The notes under the pieces are model-generated. The model was not told the DNA's origin. It did not search any database and saw only the letters and a list, made by a program, of their open reading frames with translations. The translations under genes were made by a program, and so were the position numbers. Positions 42,193-51,968 of a stretch of 64,000 nucleotides of DNA are shown here, piece after piece (within the stretch, counting starts at the first letter, position 1; the number at the start of each line of letters is the position of its first letter). The stretch lies in contig OZ245046.1 of the NCBI GenBank assembly GCA_965224245.1, positions 5,792,001-5,856,000 of the forward strand, read 5' to 3'. Source of the stretch: Candidatus Eiseniibacteriota bacterium. GTDB lineage: Bacteria; Eisenbacteria; RBG-16-71-46; CAZAMP01.

Positions 42193-42912
42193 GTGAAAGG
42201 GATCATTCTCGCCGGCGGGCGCGGCACGCGCCTCGATCCGCTGACCCGCGTGACGAACAAGCATCTTCTGCCCGTGTACGACCGACCGATGATCCACTTT
42301 CCGTTGCGGACGCTCGTGGACGCGGGCATCGACGAGATCCTGATCGTCACCGGCGGCGAGAGCGCCGGCGACTTCCTGAAGCTCCTGGGCAACGGCAAGG
42401 ACTTCGGGCTGCAGCATCTGAACTACACGTACCAGGAAGGCCACGGCGGGATCGCCGAGGCCCTCGGGCTGGCCGAGCACTTCGTCGCCGGCGACTCGAT
42501 GGTGGTGATCCTCGGCGACAACATCATCCAGAGCGGCATCGCGACGCATCGCCGGAACTTCGAGACTCAGGGCGTGGGCGCGCGGATCCTGGTCAAGGAG
42601 GTCGACGATCCCGAGCGCTTCGGCGTGGCCGAGATCGACGGCGATCGCGTCGTGCGGATCGTCGAGAAGCCCGCGTCGCCGGTCTCGCGCTTTGCGGTCA
42701 CCGGCATCTACTTCTACGACGCGACCGTGTTCGACATCGTCCGCCGCCTCGACCCGTCCGCGCGGGGCGAGCTCGAGATCACCGACGTCAACAACGCATA
42801 CATCGAGCGCGGGCAGATGTCGTTCGACGTGCTCGACGGGTGGTGGAGCGACGCCGGGACGTTCGCGAGCCTGCATCGGGCGGGAACGCTGGTGGCGGCC
42901 TCGGCGGGATGA
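42193..42912 (+). CDS. Sugar-1-phosphate nucleotidyltransferase (glucose-1-phosphate thymidylyltransferase-like)
   Basis: AGGAG then GTG; KGIILAGGRGTRLDPLT, KHLLPVYDRPMI, LGDNI, VEKP, RGELEITD and WSDAGT. Confidence 0.92.
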   Translation: MKGIILAGGRGTRLDPLTRVTNKHLLPVYDRPMIHFPLRTLVDAGIDEILIVTGGESAGDFLKLLGNGKDFGLQHLNYTYQEGHGGIAEALGLAEHFVAGDSMVVILGDNIIQSGIATHRRNFETQGVGARILVKEVDDPERFGVAEIDGDRVVRIVEKPASPVSRFAVTGIYFYDATVFDIVRRLDPSARGELEITDVNNAYIERGQMSFDVLDGWWSDAGTFASLHRAGTLVAASAG

Positions 42913-42963
42913 CCTCCACGAGGCTCGCCGGCGCGGGTCCAGGGCGGGCGGCGACCGCGTCGG

Positions 42964-43518
42964 TCAGCGTGAGGGTGTGCGCGTGTACCGGACGACCGTG
43001 AGCTCCGCGTTGTAGGGATGCGCCGACGGCTCGTGGCGCGACCACGTGTCCATCGGGATCGTCGGGAACCGAACGGCGTCCGGGTGATCGATCACCTCCG
43101 GGACGAGCGTCAGGTCGATCAGGTTCCCCAACGGCATTGCATCCGCGTAGATGCGCGCACCGCCGATGAACCACACGTCGGCGTCTCCGGCCAGCGAGAG
43201 CGCCGCCTCCACCGACGGGACGAGCTCCACGCCCGGGATCGGACGGGACGTGACCACGACGTTGCGGCGATCCGGCAGCGGGCGCGCCCCCATCGACTCC
43301 CACGTGAGTCGACCCATCACGACCGTCGTGCCGCGCGTGATCTCCTTGAAGCGGCGGAGATCCCCGCGATACGACCACGGAATCCGGCCGTGAAGCCCGA
43401 TCACGCCGTCGACGCTGACCGCGGCGATCAGCCCGCGGACGGGGGTCGGAGCCGACGCCTCGGCCCGGGTGGCGGCACGGGACGAGGACTCCTCGGGAGG
43501 GGACGCCTCGCGCGTCAC
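42964..43518 (-). CDS. folA: Dihydrofolate reductase
   Basis: IAAV..DGVIG..IPW...DLRRFK, VMGRLTWES, PLPDRRNVV and IGGARIY; GTGA overlap with thyA. Confidence 0.92.
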   Translation of the reverse strand: MTREASPPEESSSRAATRAEASAPTPVRGLIAAVSVDGVIGLHGRIPWSYRGDLRRFKEITRGTTVVMGRLTWESMGARPLPDRRNVVVTSRPIPGVELVPSVEAALSLAGDADVWFIGGARIYADAMPLGNLIDLTLVPEVIDHPDAVRFPTIPMDTWSRHEPSAHPYNAELTVVRYTRTPSR

Positions 43519-44393
43519 ACGGCGACCTTGAACCGGATCGCCGGCTGCGGCGCGTATCCCTCCAGTCGAAACACGTCGAGGATCTCGGTGGTGTCGGCAC
43601 GGATCAGCCGATCCACGTCGTCGAGCGTCCGGACGTCCGGGGAGATCGTCAGACGCGGCAGCGGTCCGGGCGTCCGCGTGAGTTGCTCGCGGAGACCCGG
43701 CACGTGGTCGTACTCGGACATCGACCCGTCGGGCTTCTCGGTGTAGACGTGCGCGTCCACGAGCGTGTGCGCGAACCGGCCGGCGCGGATTCCCGAGAGA
43801 TGCGAGAACAGCTCCAGGATGAACGCGTACCCGGCGATGTTGTACGGCACGCCGAGCGCCACGTCCGCGCTCCGCTGTGTCAGGTGGAGGCAGAGTCGCG
43901 GCTCGCCGTCGGCGTCGAACTGCACGTTGAACACGAACATCGCATGGCATGGCGGGAGCTTGCTGGTCTGCGCGTTGCCCGGCGCCCATGCCGACACGAC
44001 CAGACGCCGGCTCGTCGGGTTCCGCGCGAGCTCGTCCAGCACGTAGCGGATCTGGTCGTTGAACGCCGGACCCTCGGGGCCGGGAACCGGGAAGCGCCGC
44101 CAGAAGTTTCCATAGGCGCTCGGCACCCTACCGTCCGCGTCGGCCCAAGGATCCCAGAACCGACACCTGTGCTTCCGGAGGAGGCCGATGTCCAGGTCGC
44201 CGGACAGGAACCAGAGGTTCTCGACGACGATGTTCTTCCACGAGATCTCCTTGGTCGTGAGCAGCGGGAAGCCGTCGTCGAGCGAGATGCTGTAGTTGTG
44301 GTTGAACGTGGAGAGCGTGTCGATGCCGGTCCGGTTGGGCTTGCGCGTTCCCTGGTCGAGAACGGTGCGGACGAGATCCAGGTAGGCTTGCAC
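43515..44393 (-). CDS. thyA: Thymidylate synthase
   Basis: RTG, FPLLTTK, LPPCH, QRSAD, GVPYNIA and DAHVY. Confidence 0.96.
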   Translation of the reverse strand: MQAYLDLVRTVLDQGTRKPNRTGIDTLSTFNHNYSISLDDGFPLLTTKEISWKNIVVENLWFLSGDLDIGLLRKHRCRFWDPWADADGRVPSAYGNFWRRFPVPGPEGPAFNDQIRYVLDELARNPTSRRLVVSAWAPGNAQTSKLPPCHAMFVFNVQFDADGEPRLCLHLTQRSADVALGVPYNIAGYAFILELFSHLSGIRAGRFAHTLVDAHVYTEKPDGSMSEYDHVPGLREQLTRTPGPLPRLTISPDVRTLDDVDRLIRADTTEILDVFRLEGYAPQPAIRFKVAV

Positions 44394-44567
44394 GGGTCGG
44401 CTCCGCCGATCTAGCGTTGTTGGACGCGGGCGCCGGATGATCGCGGCGGCGCCGCAGGCGAGCGATGGCTGCGATGGGCAAGACTAATACGGCGGCTGGA
44501 CCCCCGCAACGACCGGTCGCGGTCGACGCGGGGCTGCGGCGGCGGAGACGATGGAGAATCGGGAGCG

Positions 44568-45854
44568 ATGACACACAGACGGATCGCACGCGCGGTGCTG
44601 GCGGCGACGATCCTCCTGGCCCTCGGCGCCGCACCGGCGGTGTCGGGATCACGGGAGGATCTGGCGGCCGCGTGGGCGCGCCTGGAGGCGGAGACACGCC
44701 AACGTCCCCGGGCCGAGGCGAGCGAGATCACCCGCGCCTTCCTGGATGGCATCACCGACGCGGACGTCCTCGACGCGTGCGCCGCGGATCCCGGCCACGA
44801 CGCCGCCGGCGCGAGCGCCGCGACGGAGCCCGCGCCGGCGTTTCGCCGCCTCCTGATCGCGTACACGCGTCATCGTCCCCCCGATGCGGCCACGATCGTC
44901 GCGCGCCTCGGCGATCCCTCGCTCGCCCCCGATTGCCACGACGCCTATCTGCGCGCGGCCCAGCGGCAGATCGACGCCTTCACGGACGCCGAGGCCGACG
45001 CGATCGCGCGCTCTCTCCTGACGCTCTCCGATGCGCGCCCCGGCTCCAGCACGGACCTGGAGCGCAGCGCGGTGGCGTTCGGACACAGCGATGCGGTGCT
45101 CGCGCGCCTCAGCACCCATCTCACCTCGACGCGCGACGCCGACCGGCGACGCGGCGCGGAGCTGGCGCTCGAGTCGCGGGACGACCGCGTCGGCCCCCTC
45201 CTGGTCCGTCTGCTCGAGAAGATCGTGCACGATCCCATCCCGTACGCCGAGAGCCTCGACGCGGTCGCGGTGGCCGCGGCCGAGCAGTCGGGTGGGGCCG
45301 CCCTTCCGCTCCTTGCTCAGCTCATCGCGAAGACCTCCGACTGGCGGATCCAGCGCGCCGGCATCGTCGCGCTCGGGCGCACCGGCGAGCCGCGCGCCTA
45401 CCGCGTCCTGGCGCGCCTCTACCGCGAGGCACCCGCGATGGCGCGATCGTGGCCGTCCCGCGATCCGGAAGCGGACGGGGCAGATGCCGACGTTGGAGCC
45501 GGCGCCGACAGTGGAGCCAGTGCCGACGTTGGAGGGAGCGCCGACGGTGGAACCGGCGCCGGCGTCACGGCTCACGACGTGTCGCACGCGACCGGTTCGG
45601 TCCCCAGCGCACTGCCGGCGGAGCTCTACCGCACCGCGCGGCGGCTCGAGCCGGCGGGGCTCGCCGCGCTCCGGCACGGACTCGTGGCCGAGGCCCGGGA
45701 CGTCGTGGAGGTGCTCGATCGGATGAGCCGGGAAGGGCCCTGCGTGCGTCCGGAGTCCGTGATCGAGGCGTTGAAGGACTACCTGACGCGCGACGCCGAC
45801 GCCGACACCGAACGCATCCGGGCGATCGTGGAGCGAATCGGCGCCACGCGCTGA
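44568..45854 (+). CDS. Exported HEAT-repeat-like hypothetical protein
   Basis: Signal peptide, helical repeats (WRIQRAGIVALGRTGEPRA), low-complexity insert. Confidence 0.6.
   Translation: MTHRRIARAVLAATILLALGAAPAVSGSREDLAAAWARLEAETRQRPRAEASEITRAFLDGITDADVLDACAADPGHDAAGASAATEPAPAFRRLLIAYTRHRPPDAATIVARLGDPSLAPDCHDAYLRAAQRQIDAFTDAEADAIARSLLTLSDARPGSSTDLERSAVAFGHSDAVLARLSTHLTSTRDADRRRGAELALESRDDRVGPLLVRLLEKIVHDPIPYAESLDAVAVAAAEQSGGAALPLLAQLIAKTSDWRIQRAGIVALGRTGEPRAYRVLARLYREAPAMARSWPSRDPEADGADADVGAGADSGASADVGGSADGGTGAGVTAHDVSHATGSVPSALPAELYRTARRLEPAGLAALRHGLVAEARDVVEVLDRMSREGPCVRPESVIEALKDYLTRDADADTERIRAIVERIGATR
45486..45557 (+). repeat. Degenerate 18-bp tandem repeat x4 in the coding sequence
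   Basis: GCCGACGTTGGAGCCGGC / GCCGACAGTGGAGCCAGT / GCCGACGTTGGAGGGAGC / GCCGACGGTGGAACCGGC. Confidence 0.8.
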
Positions 45855-45873
45855 GCCCGCGGCGAGGAAGCGG

Positions 45874-48771
45874 CTAGCGCCGCGAGCCCGGCCTCCGCGC
45901 CGAGCGTGCCCCGGGCTTTCGGGTGACGGCGCGTCGTGCGGGCGCGTGCGCGTGCCCGGGTCGTGCTTCGGCCGGGCGACCCCACCGCTTCAGATGAGCG
46001 GCCAGGTGTCGTCCGGTCACCGAGCTCGCGTTCGCGGCGATCTCGTCGGAGGTTCCGGTCGCGACCACGCGACCGCCACCGGCGCCCCCCTCGGGACCCA
46101 GATCGATGACGTGGTCCGCGCGCGCCACGACGTCCAGGTTGTGCTCCACGACGACGACGGTGTGTCCCCGATCCAGCAGCCGCTCGAAGGCGCGCAGGAG
46201 ATTGCCGATGTCGCCCACGTGCAGCCCCGTCGTGGGCTCGTCGAGAATGAAGAGGTTCGTGCCGCGCGTCGTCCTGGCCAGGTGGCTCGCGATCTTCAGC
46301 CGCTGCGCCTCGCCGCCCGACAGCGTGGTCGCCGGCTGCCCGAGCCGGAGGTACCCGAGGCCGACCTCCGCGAGGTGCCACAGCGGCCGCGAGATCGCCG
46401 GCGTGTCGGCGAAGAACGAGATCGCATCGGTGACGGTCATCTGGAGAATCTCGTGGACGTTCTTGCCGCGGTACCGTGCCTCGAGAATCCGGGCCTGATA
46501 GCGGCGGCCGCCGCAGTCGTCGCACGTCACGAACAGATCGGCGAGGAACTGGAGCTCGATCCGGATCGAGCCGGCCCCCTCGCACGTCTCGCAGCGCCCG
46601 CCCGCCACGTTGAACGAGAAGTCGCCCGGCGAGAGTCCGAGCCTCGACGCGTCCCGCGTTCCCGACAGGAGCTTCCGGATGCCGTCGAACGCCTTCACGT
46701 ACGTGACCGGGTTCGATCGGGGCGTGCGGCCGATCGGTGATTGATCCACGAGCAGCATGTCGTCGATTCTCGCATGTCCCGACAGGCGCTTCAGCGGCGC
46801 CGGGGAGGCGCCGCCCGGATCGCGCTCGGCGCGGTAGTTCCGGTACAGCGTCTCCTCGACGAGCGTGCTCTTGCCCGATCCCGAGACGCCGGTCACGCAG
46901 ACGAGTCCTCCCAGCGGAACGTCCACGTCCACGCCGTCGAGGTTGTGACCGCTCGCCCCGCGGATGCCGATCACGGGTGCGCCGGTCAGGTCGCGCCGCG
47001 TCATGGGCGGCAGCGTCTGGCGGCCACTCAGGTACGCCGCGGTGGAGCCGGGAGCGTCGGTCTCCAGCGCGGCCGGGTCGCCCTCGTAGACGATCCGTCC
47101 GCCGTGCTCGCCGGCGCCCGGTCCCAGATCGATCACGTGATCGGCGGCGGCGATGATGTCGCGGTCGTGCTCGACGACGACCACCGTGTTGCCGCCGTCG
47201 CGCAGCTCGGTGAGGATGCCGAGGAGCCGATCGTTGTCGCGGGCGTGAAGGCCGACCGACGGCTCGTCGAGCACGTAGAGCGTGTCGACCAGACCCGATC
47301 CCAGCGCCCCGGCCAGGAGGATGCGCTGATACTCGCCGCCCGACAGGCTGCGGCTGGATCGGTCGAGCGTGAGGTAGTCGAGCCCGGCCCGCTGCATGAC
47401 ATCCAGACGCCGCACGATCTCGGTCACCAGCGGCGCCGCGGTCTCTCCCGCGCGGCCGTCCAGCGGGAGCGCCTTCCAGAACGCGAGCCCATCGGTGACC
47501 GACATCCGACACACGTCGGCGATCGACCGGCCGAGGACCTCGAACGCGAGCGCCTCGGGTCGGAGCCGCGTGCCCCCGCACGCGTCGCAGGTGACGTAGC
47601 GGCGATGCCGGCTCAGGAACACCCGCACGTGGAGCTTGTAGATCTTGGCCTCGAGCGCCTTGAAGAATCCGCGCACGCCGGGGAAGTCCGGGGTGCCGTC
47701 GAAGATCGCGCGCCGATCGGTCTCCGGGAGGTCTTGCCAGGGAACGTCCGTCGGAATGCCGGAATCGGAGGCGAACGCCATCAGACGGCGCCGCCACTTC
47801 TGTCGCGCCGCGCTCTGCCAGGGCGCGACGGCGCCGCGGGCCAGGGATCGTGAGGGATCGGGGACGATGCGATCGGGGTCCAGGTCGATGATGTCGCCGA
47901 AGCCCCGGCATCTCGGACACGCGCCGGCCGGGCTGTTGAACGAGAACGCGAGCGGGCCCGGATCCGTGTACGCGCGGTCACATTCCGCGCAGTGAAACCC
48001 ACGCGAGAGTCGAACCGGCCGCGGGCCGTCGAGGAACACGGCCGCGCGGTCACCGCCCTCGGAGAAGGCGGCGTCGAGCGCCTCGGCCAGGCGCTGGCGG
48101 TTCGACGGCGCCAGCCGGAGCCGATCGGACACCACGAACGTCGGCGGCGAGTCGTCCGGGCCGACGGTGGCCACCGCGTCGCGCACGACGGGCTCGTGGA
48201 GATCGTCGATACCGGTGCCGTCGGTCGTGACGCGATAGAATCCCCGGCGCACCAGCGCGTCGAGCGCGCTCTCGCTGCGATCGATCACCGGAAACACGAC
48301 GGACGCCCGCTCGCCGGCGTGGGCATTCAGGAGGCGGTCCACGTTGGAGACGGTCGTGTCCCGCGTGACGACGTTCCCGCATCCCAGGCACCGGAGCACG
48401 GAGGCGCGAGCGTAGAGCATGCGCAGGTAGTCGAGGATCTCGGTCACGGTCCCCACCGTCGATCGGCTCGTCTTCGCCGGCGGCTTGCGCTCCACCGCGA
48501 TCGCGGGCGGGATCCCGCCGACGGTATCGACGTCGGGCCGGTCCATCCGCTCCAGGAACTGACGCGTGTACGCCGAGAGCGACTCCACGTACCGCCGTTG
48601 TCCCTCGGCGTAGAGCGTGTCGAAGGCCAGGCTCGACTTGCCCGATCCGGAGGGGCCGGTCACGACGACGAGCTTCCCGCGCGGGATGTCGACGTCGAGG
48701 TTCTGCAGGTTGTGCGTGCGCACGCCTCGTAACGAGATCACGTTCGAGGCCGGCGGAGCGTTCGGCGTCAT
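45874..48771 (-). CDS. uvrA: Excinuclease ABC subunit A
   Basis: HNLQN, GPSGSGKSSLAFDTLYAEGQRRY, FSFNSPAGAC, LSGGE (twice), GVSGSGKS and LDEPTTGLH. Confidence 0.95.
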   Translation of the reverse strand: MTPNAPPASNVISLRGVRTHNLQNLDVDIPRGKLVVVTGPSGSGKSSLAFDTLYAEGQRRYVESLSAYTRQFLERMDRPDVDTVGGIPPAIAVERKPPAKTSRSTVGTVTEILDYLRMLYARASVLRCLGCGNVVTRDTTVSNVDRLLNAHAGERASVVFPVIDRSESALDALVRRGFYRVTTDGTGIDDLHEPVVRDAVATVGPDDSPPTFVVSDRLRLAPSNRQRLAEALDAAFSEGGDRAAVFLDGPRPVRLSRGFHCAECDRAYTDPGPLAFSFNSPAGACPRCRGFGDIIDLDPDRIVPDPSRSLARGAVAPWQSAARQKWRRRLMAFASDSGIPTDVPWQDLPETDRRAIFDGTPDFPGVRGFFKALEAKIYKLHVRVFLSRHRRYVTCDACGGTRLRPEALAFEVLGRSIADVCRMSVTDGLAFWKALPLDGRAGETAAPLVTEIVRRLDVMQRAGLDYLTLDRSSRSLSGGEYQRILLAGALGSGLVDTLYVLDEPSVGLHARDNDRLLGILTELRDGGNTVVVVEHDRDIIAAADHVIDLGPGAGEHGGRIVYEGDPAALETDAPGSTAAYLSGRQTLPPMTRRDLTGAPVIGIRGASGHNLDGVDVDVPLGGLVCVTGVSGSGKSTLVEETLYRNYRAERDPGGASPAPLKRLSGHARIDDMLLVDQSPIGRTPRSNPVTYVKAFDGIRKLLSGTRDASRLGLSPGDFSFNVAGGRCETCEGAGSIRIELQFLADLFVTCDDCGGRRYQARILEARYRGKNVHEILQMTVTDAISFFADTPAISRPLWHLAEVGLGYLRLGQPATTLSGGEAQRLKIASHLARTTRGTNLFILDEPTTGLHVGDIGNLLRAFERLLDRGHTVVVVEHNLDVVARADHVIDLGPEGGAGGGRVVATGTSDEIAANASSVTGRHLAAHLKRWGRPAEARPGHAHAPARRAVTRKPGARSARRPGSRR

Positions 48772-49107
48772 GTGTCGTCCTGGCGGGGAGAGAACGGTGA
48801 CCACGAGCGGCCGATTGTCCTGCGTCGCACCATCCGGCGCAACGTCGCGGCGCCCGGCCGCGTCCCGCCACGCGCGGGCCGGCGGGCGGCACGAGGCTCG
48901 GGCGGATACCCACGCACCGGTCGCCGCCGGGTACGAAGTACCCACACCAACATGCTGCAGGAGAACGGTTTGTGCGAGAACTGGCTACTATGGGCACCCC
49001 GGTCCCGGATCCGGCCTCCGATCCGGGGTTCCCGATCCCGCGGCACCGGGCTCTCCAAGCGTGTGCGGTCGAGGAGCTTGGGCGGATCGAGGCGCTCCTC
49101 GGTCCTT

Positions 49108-49123
49108 TGGCACACTGCGTGCA
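49108..49123 (+). promoter_or_regulatory. Sigma-54 (-24/-12) promoter candidate
   Basis: TGGCAC-ACTGC-GTGCA against consensus TGGCAC-N5-TTGCA/T; the best-spaced match among the TGGCAC sites I checked on both strands. Confidence 0.6.
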
Positions 49124-49130
49124 ATACGAC

Positions 49131-49385
49131 AGGGCAGCGTGAGGCGCCGGCGGGATCTGGAAGAACCGCGACCTGTTTCCCAACCCCGGCAGTCTAGCAG
49201 CTCCTTCTCTTGGCAGCGGTCGGAGCTGTTCGTCGCGGTTCTTCCAGATCCTGCTGGCGACCTCGCCAGAGCCCTCGTTGCTGTTGTCTTGCAGAGTCAG
49301 GACCGACGGCCGGTGCCTCCGCTCTTCTTCAGGCGTTGGGGTACTAGCCTCCCGACGCCTGGGGACCGCGGCCGTGGGCTTTTTT
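49131..49385 (+). ncRNA. Unassigned structured non-coding RNA candidate
   Basis: 28-bp uninterrupted helix (49145-49172 with 49232-49259) plus flanking helices; second 15-bp helix (49326-49340 with 49351-49365); terminal U6. Non-Watson-Crick pairs in these helices are G-U on the plus strand. Confidence 0.65.
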
Positions 49386-49488
49386 CGTGCCCCCGAGGCG
49401 CCCGTCATCCCGGTCGCGTAAGATGCCGCCGGGCCGGACCCGCCGGCCGCATCCCACGCGAGATCCACGACCGAGACGGGCACCCCTC

Positions 49489-51936
49489 ATGCCGCCACCG
49501 ATTCGTTCCGACCGCGATCCGGTTCCGACGAGCACCTCGGCACGCGCCGAGATCGGGCTCGCCATCGTGGCGTCGAGCGTTCTCACGCTCGCGATGGTCG
49601 GTGCGCTCCTCTCGCTGGGGGTCTCGGCGCTGTCACTGAACGCGTCCTCCTCGGCGCCGCTGCCCCATGGACCGACCACGGTGCTCCGCGTCACCATCGC
49701 AATGGCGCTCGGCTACGCGGGCGTCTTCGCGCCGGTCGGGCTCATCGTGGGCGTCGTCGTCGCTCTCGTGCGTGGCCACGCGATCGCGAGGCGGCCGGGA
49801 CCGCGGACCCTCGCGCGGGCGGCGCTCGCGTTCGTCGGGCTGGAGGCGCTCGTCGTGCTGAGCGCGCCGTGGCTGGCCGACCTGCTCGACGGCGAGCGGC
49901 GGGTCGTGGCGGCCGTGGCGGCCGGCACCGCGCTGGCCGTGCTGCTGGCGGTGATCGTCGTCCGGCTTCCCCGTGAGGGACGTCACCCCGCGTGGGACCG
50001 CATCCGCATGGCCGTCCTGTTCGCGGTGGCGGTGCCGGTGGGCGTCGCGGTCGTCGTGAGGTCGACGTCCGAGCCACGCCCGGCCGCGGCGACCGAGCCG
50101 TTTCCACCGCTCACGCGCGCGTCGTCCTCCGGCATCGCGCTCCTGGGAGTCGACGGCGCGGACTGGATCACGCTCGATCGGCTGATCGCGGCCGGTGTGA
50201 TGCCGAACCTGGCCCGTGCGCGAGAGGACGGCGCCGCCGGCGATCTGTACGTCCGGTTTCCGTTCACGCCCCCGTCGTGGACGACGATCCTGTCGGGCGT
50301 GGACGATCACACGCACGGGATCGTCGCGTTCGCCGGGCAGGTGGACGCGTGGGGAGACCTCGTTCGCCGCCCGCGCATTCACGACATCACGGCGCGAGTC
50401 CTGAGCGAACGTCGGCAGCTCCCTCCGCCGCCGGCCATCATCGGGTGGCTGTCGGCTCCGGCGGACCTCGCCGCCGTCGCCTACGCCCGCGCGATCCATC
50501 CGTTCGATCGGCCGCTGGTGCTGCTGGACGCCACGCACGTCGCGTTCAAGCGGCTCTGGCAAATCGCCGAGGATGCCGGACTCGCGACCGGGACGTTCGG
50601 GGTCGATCTCAGCTGGCCCGCCGAGCAGGTGCGCGGCTTTCTCGTCTCCGATCGGTTCGTGCGGGGTGAGCGGGCGGACGCGGTCTACCCCGACCGGCTG
50701 GTCATGCCCCTCGACGCCCTCGCGATCGGCTCGCCCGACGCGATGGCCGATCCGGGCGACACGCCCTCGATCGATCCCGGCGGCCGAGATGCGGACGTCT
50801 CCGGCTCGCGCGAGGCCGAGACGGCGTTCTTCGTGCGAACCGCGCGGCGTCAGCACCGCGAGTGGCTCGAGGAGCTCCGGATGGCGCGCCGTCTCTTCGA
50901 GACCGAGTGCGACGGGCTCGACCTCGTCACGCTGAAGTTCCGCCAGCCCGACACGATGAAGCACTACCTCCTGCCGTTCCTGAGACCCGACGCGTTCCCA
51001 TGGCTCGACGTCTCACCCGACGCGAGCGCCGCCGTGCTCGAGGTGCTTCACGACGCCTACTACGAGCTGGATCTCCTGATCGGAGAGATCCGCGACGCCG
51101 GGTGGACGCTGTGCATCGTCTCGGACCACGGTTTCTATCCGAACCGGGCGGAGTCCCCGAGACAGGACAGCGTCTCGCTCGACGCAGACACGCTGCTCGA
51201 TCGACTCGGATGGCTCGTTCGGGGTGAAGACGGGGACATCGACTGGACGCGAACGCGCGCGTACGACCCGGGCACCCCGACGCCGGCGGAGACGAGCGGC
51301 CTCCGGCTCAACCTCCGGGGAAGGGAGCCGAACGGCGTGGTGCCCGTCGCCGAGCGCGCGTCCGCGCTCGAGGCGCTCGTGCGCGACCTGGGGTCCGTCC
51401 GGTACGCCGACTCGGGCGAGCCCGTGTTCACGACGATCGAGACCGATGCCGCGGGCTTCGACGTGGTGGTGCGCCATCCGCTCCGGCGGCCGCTTCGCGA
51501 CGTGCTGGAGCCACTCACGCGTCGCGTGGTCGTGGCCGGCCGCTCCGCGCCGATGAGGTCGGTGTTCGCGTTGCATCCGACCTACGGGGGTCACCGGGGT
51601 GGCACCGACGTCGCGGGGTACGGCCCGGCCGTCCTGCTCCTGTGCGGTCCCGACGTGCGCCGCGGCGTGACGCTGGAGAGCGCGGAGGACCTGGACGTGA
51701 CGCCCACGATCCTGCGGCTCCTCGGCGTTCCGCTGTCGGCGGAGCTCCAGGGACGGGTGCTGGACGAGGCGCTCGCGCCGGCGTTCCTCGAGGCTCACCC
51801 GATCACGACGGTTCCGGGCTACGGCCCGCACCGGTTCGACCCCGAGCTCCTGGCGAGGGCACGCGCGGGCGGCGGCAGCGAGGCCACACGCAAGGAGATG
51901 GTGGATCGGATCCGGGCCCTCGGCTACCTGAACTGA
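49489..51936 (+). CDS. Membrane-anchored AlkP-superfamily phosphodiesterase/phosphohydrolase
   Basis: Several N-terminal TM helices; LLGVDGADW, TPPSWTTILSG, VSDHGF, DVTPTIL, GRVL; C-terminal RIRALGYL. Confidence 0.82.
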   Translation: MPPPIRSDRDPVPTSTSARAEIGLAIVASSVLTLAMVGALLSLGVSALSLNASSSAPLPHGPTTVLRVTIAMALGYAGVFAPVGLIVGVVVALVRGHAIARRPGPRTLARAALAFVGLEALVVLSAPWLADLLDGERRVVAAVAAGTALAVLLAVIVVRLPREGRHPAWDRIRMAVLFAVAVPVGVAVVVRSTSEPRPAAATEPFPPLTRASSSGIALLGVDGADWITLDRLIAAGVMPNLARAREDGAAGDLYVRFPFTPPSWTTILSGVDDHTHGIVAFAGQVDAWGDLVRRPRIHDITARVLSERRQLPPPPAIIGWLSAPADLAAVAYARAIHPFDRPLVLLDATHVAFKRLWQIAEDAGLATGTFGVDLSWPAEQVRGFLVSDRFVRGERADAVYPDRLVMPLDALAIGSPDAMADPGDTPSIDPGGRDADVSGSREAETAFFVRTARRQHREWLEELRMARRLFETECDGLDLVTLKFRQPDTMKHYLLPFLRPDAFPWLDVSPDASAAVLEVLHDAYYELDLLIGEIRDAGWTLCIVSDHGFYPNRAESPRQDSVSLDADTLLDRLGWLVRGEDGDIDWTRTRAYDPGTPTPAETSGLRLNLRGREPNGVVPVAERASALEALVRDLGSVRYADSGEPVFTTIETDAAGFDVVVRHPLRRPLRDVLEPLTRRVVVAGRSAPMRSVFALHPTYGGHRGGTDVAGYGPAVLLLCGPDVRRGVTLESAEDLDVTPTILRLLGVPLSAELQGRVLDEALAPAFLEAHPITTVPGYGPHRFDPELLARARAGGGSEATRKEMVDRIRALGYLN

Positions 51937-51968
51937 ACCCGTTCCGCTCGCCCTGCGGACGGCGCCGC

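Noticed and set aside
49131-49275. Retron msr-msd, IS end or toxin-antitoxin interpretation of the long inverted repeat
   Set aside because: No reverse transcriptase, transposase or RBS-bearing small hydrophobic ORF nearby. Kept only as an unassigned RNA candidate.
48617-49639. ORFs crossing the uvrA-AlkP gap (48617-49639, 48772-49197, 48050-49483)
   Set aside because: No RBS, atypical composition and overlap with real genes.
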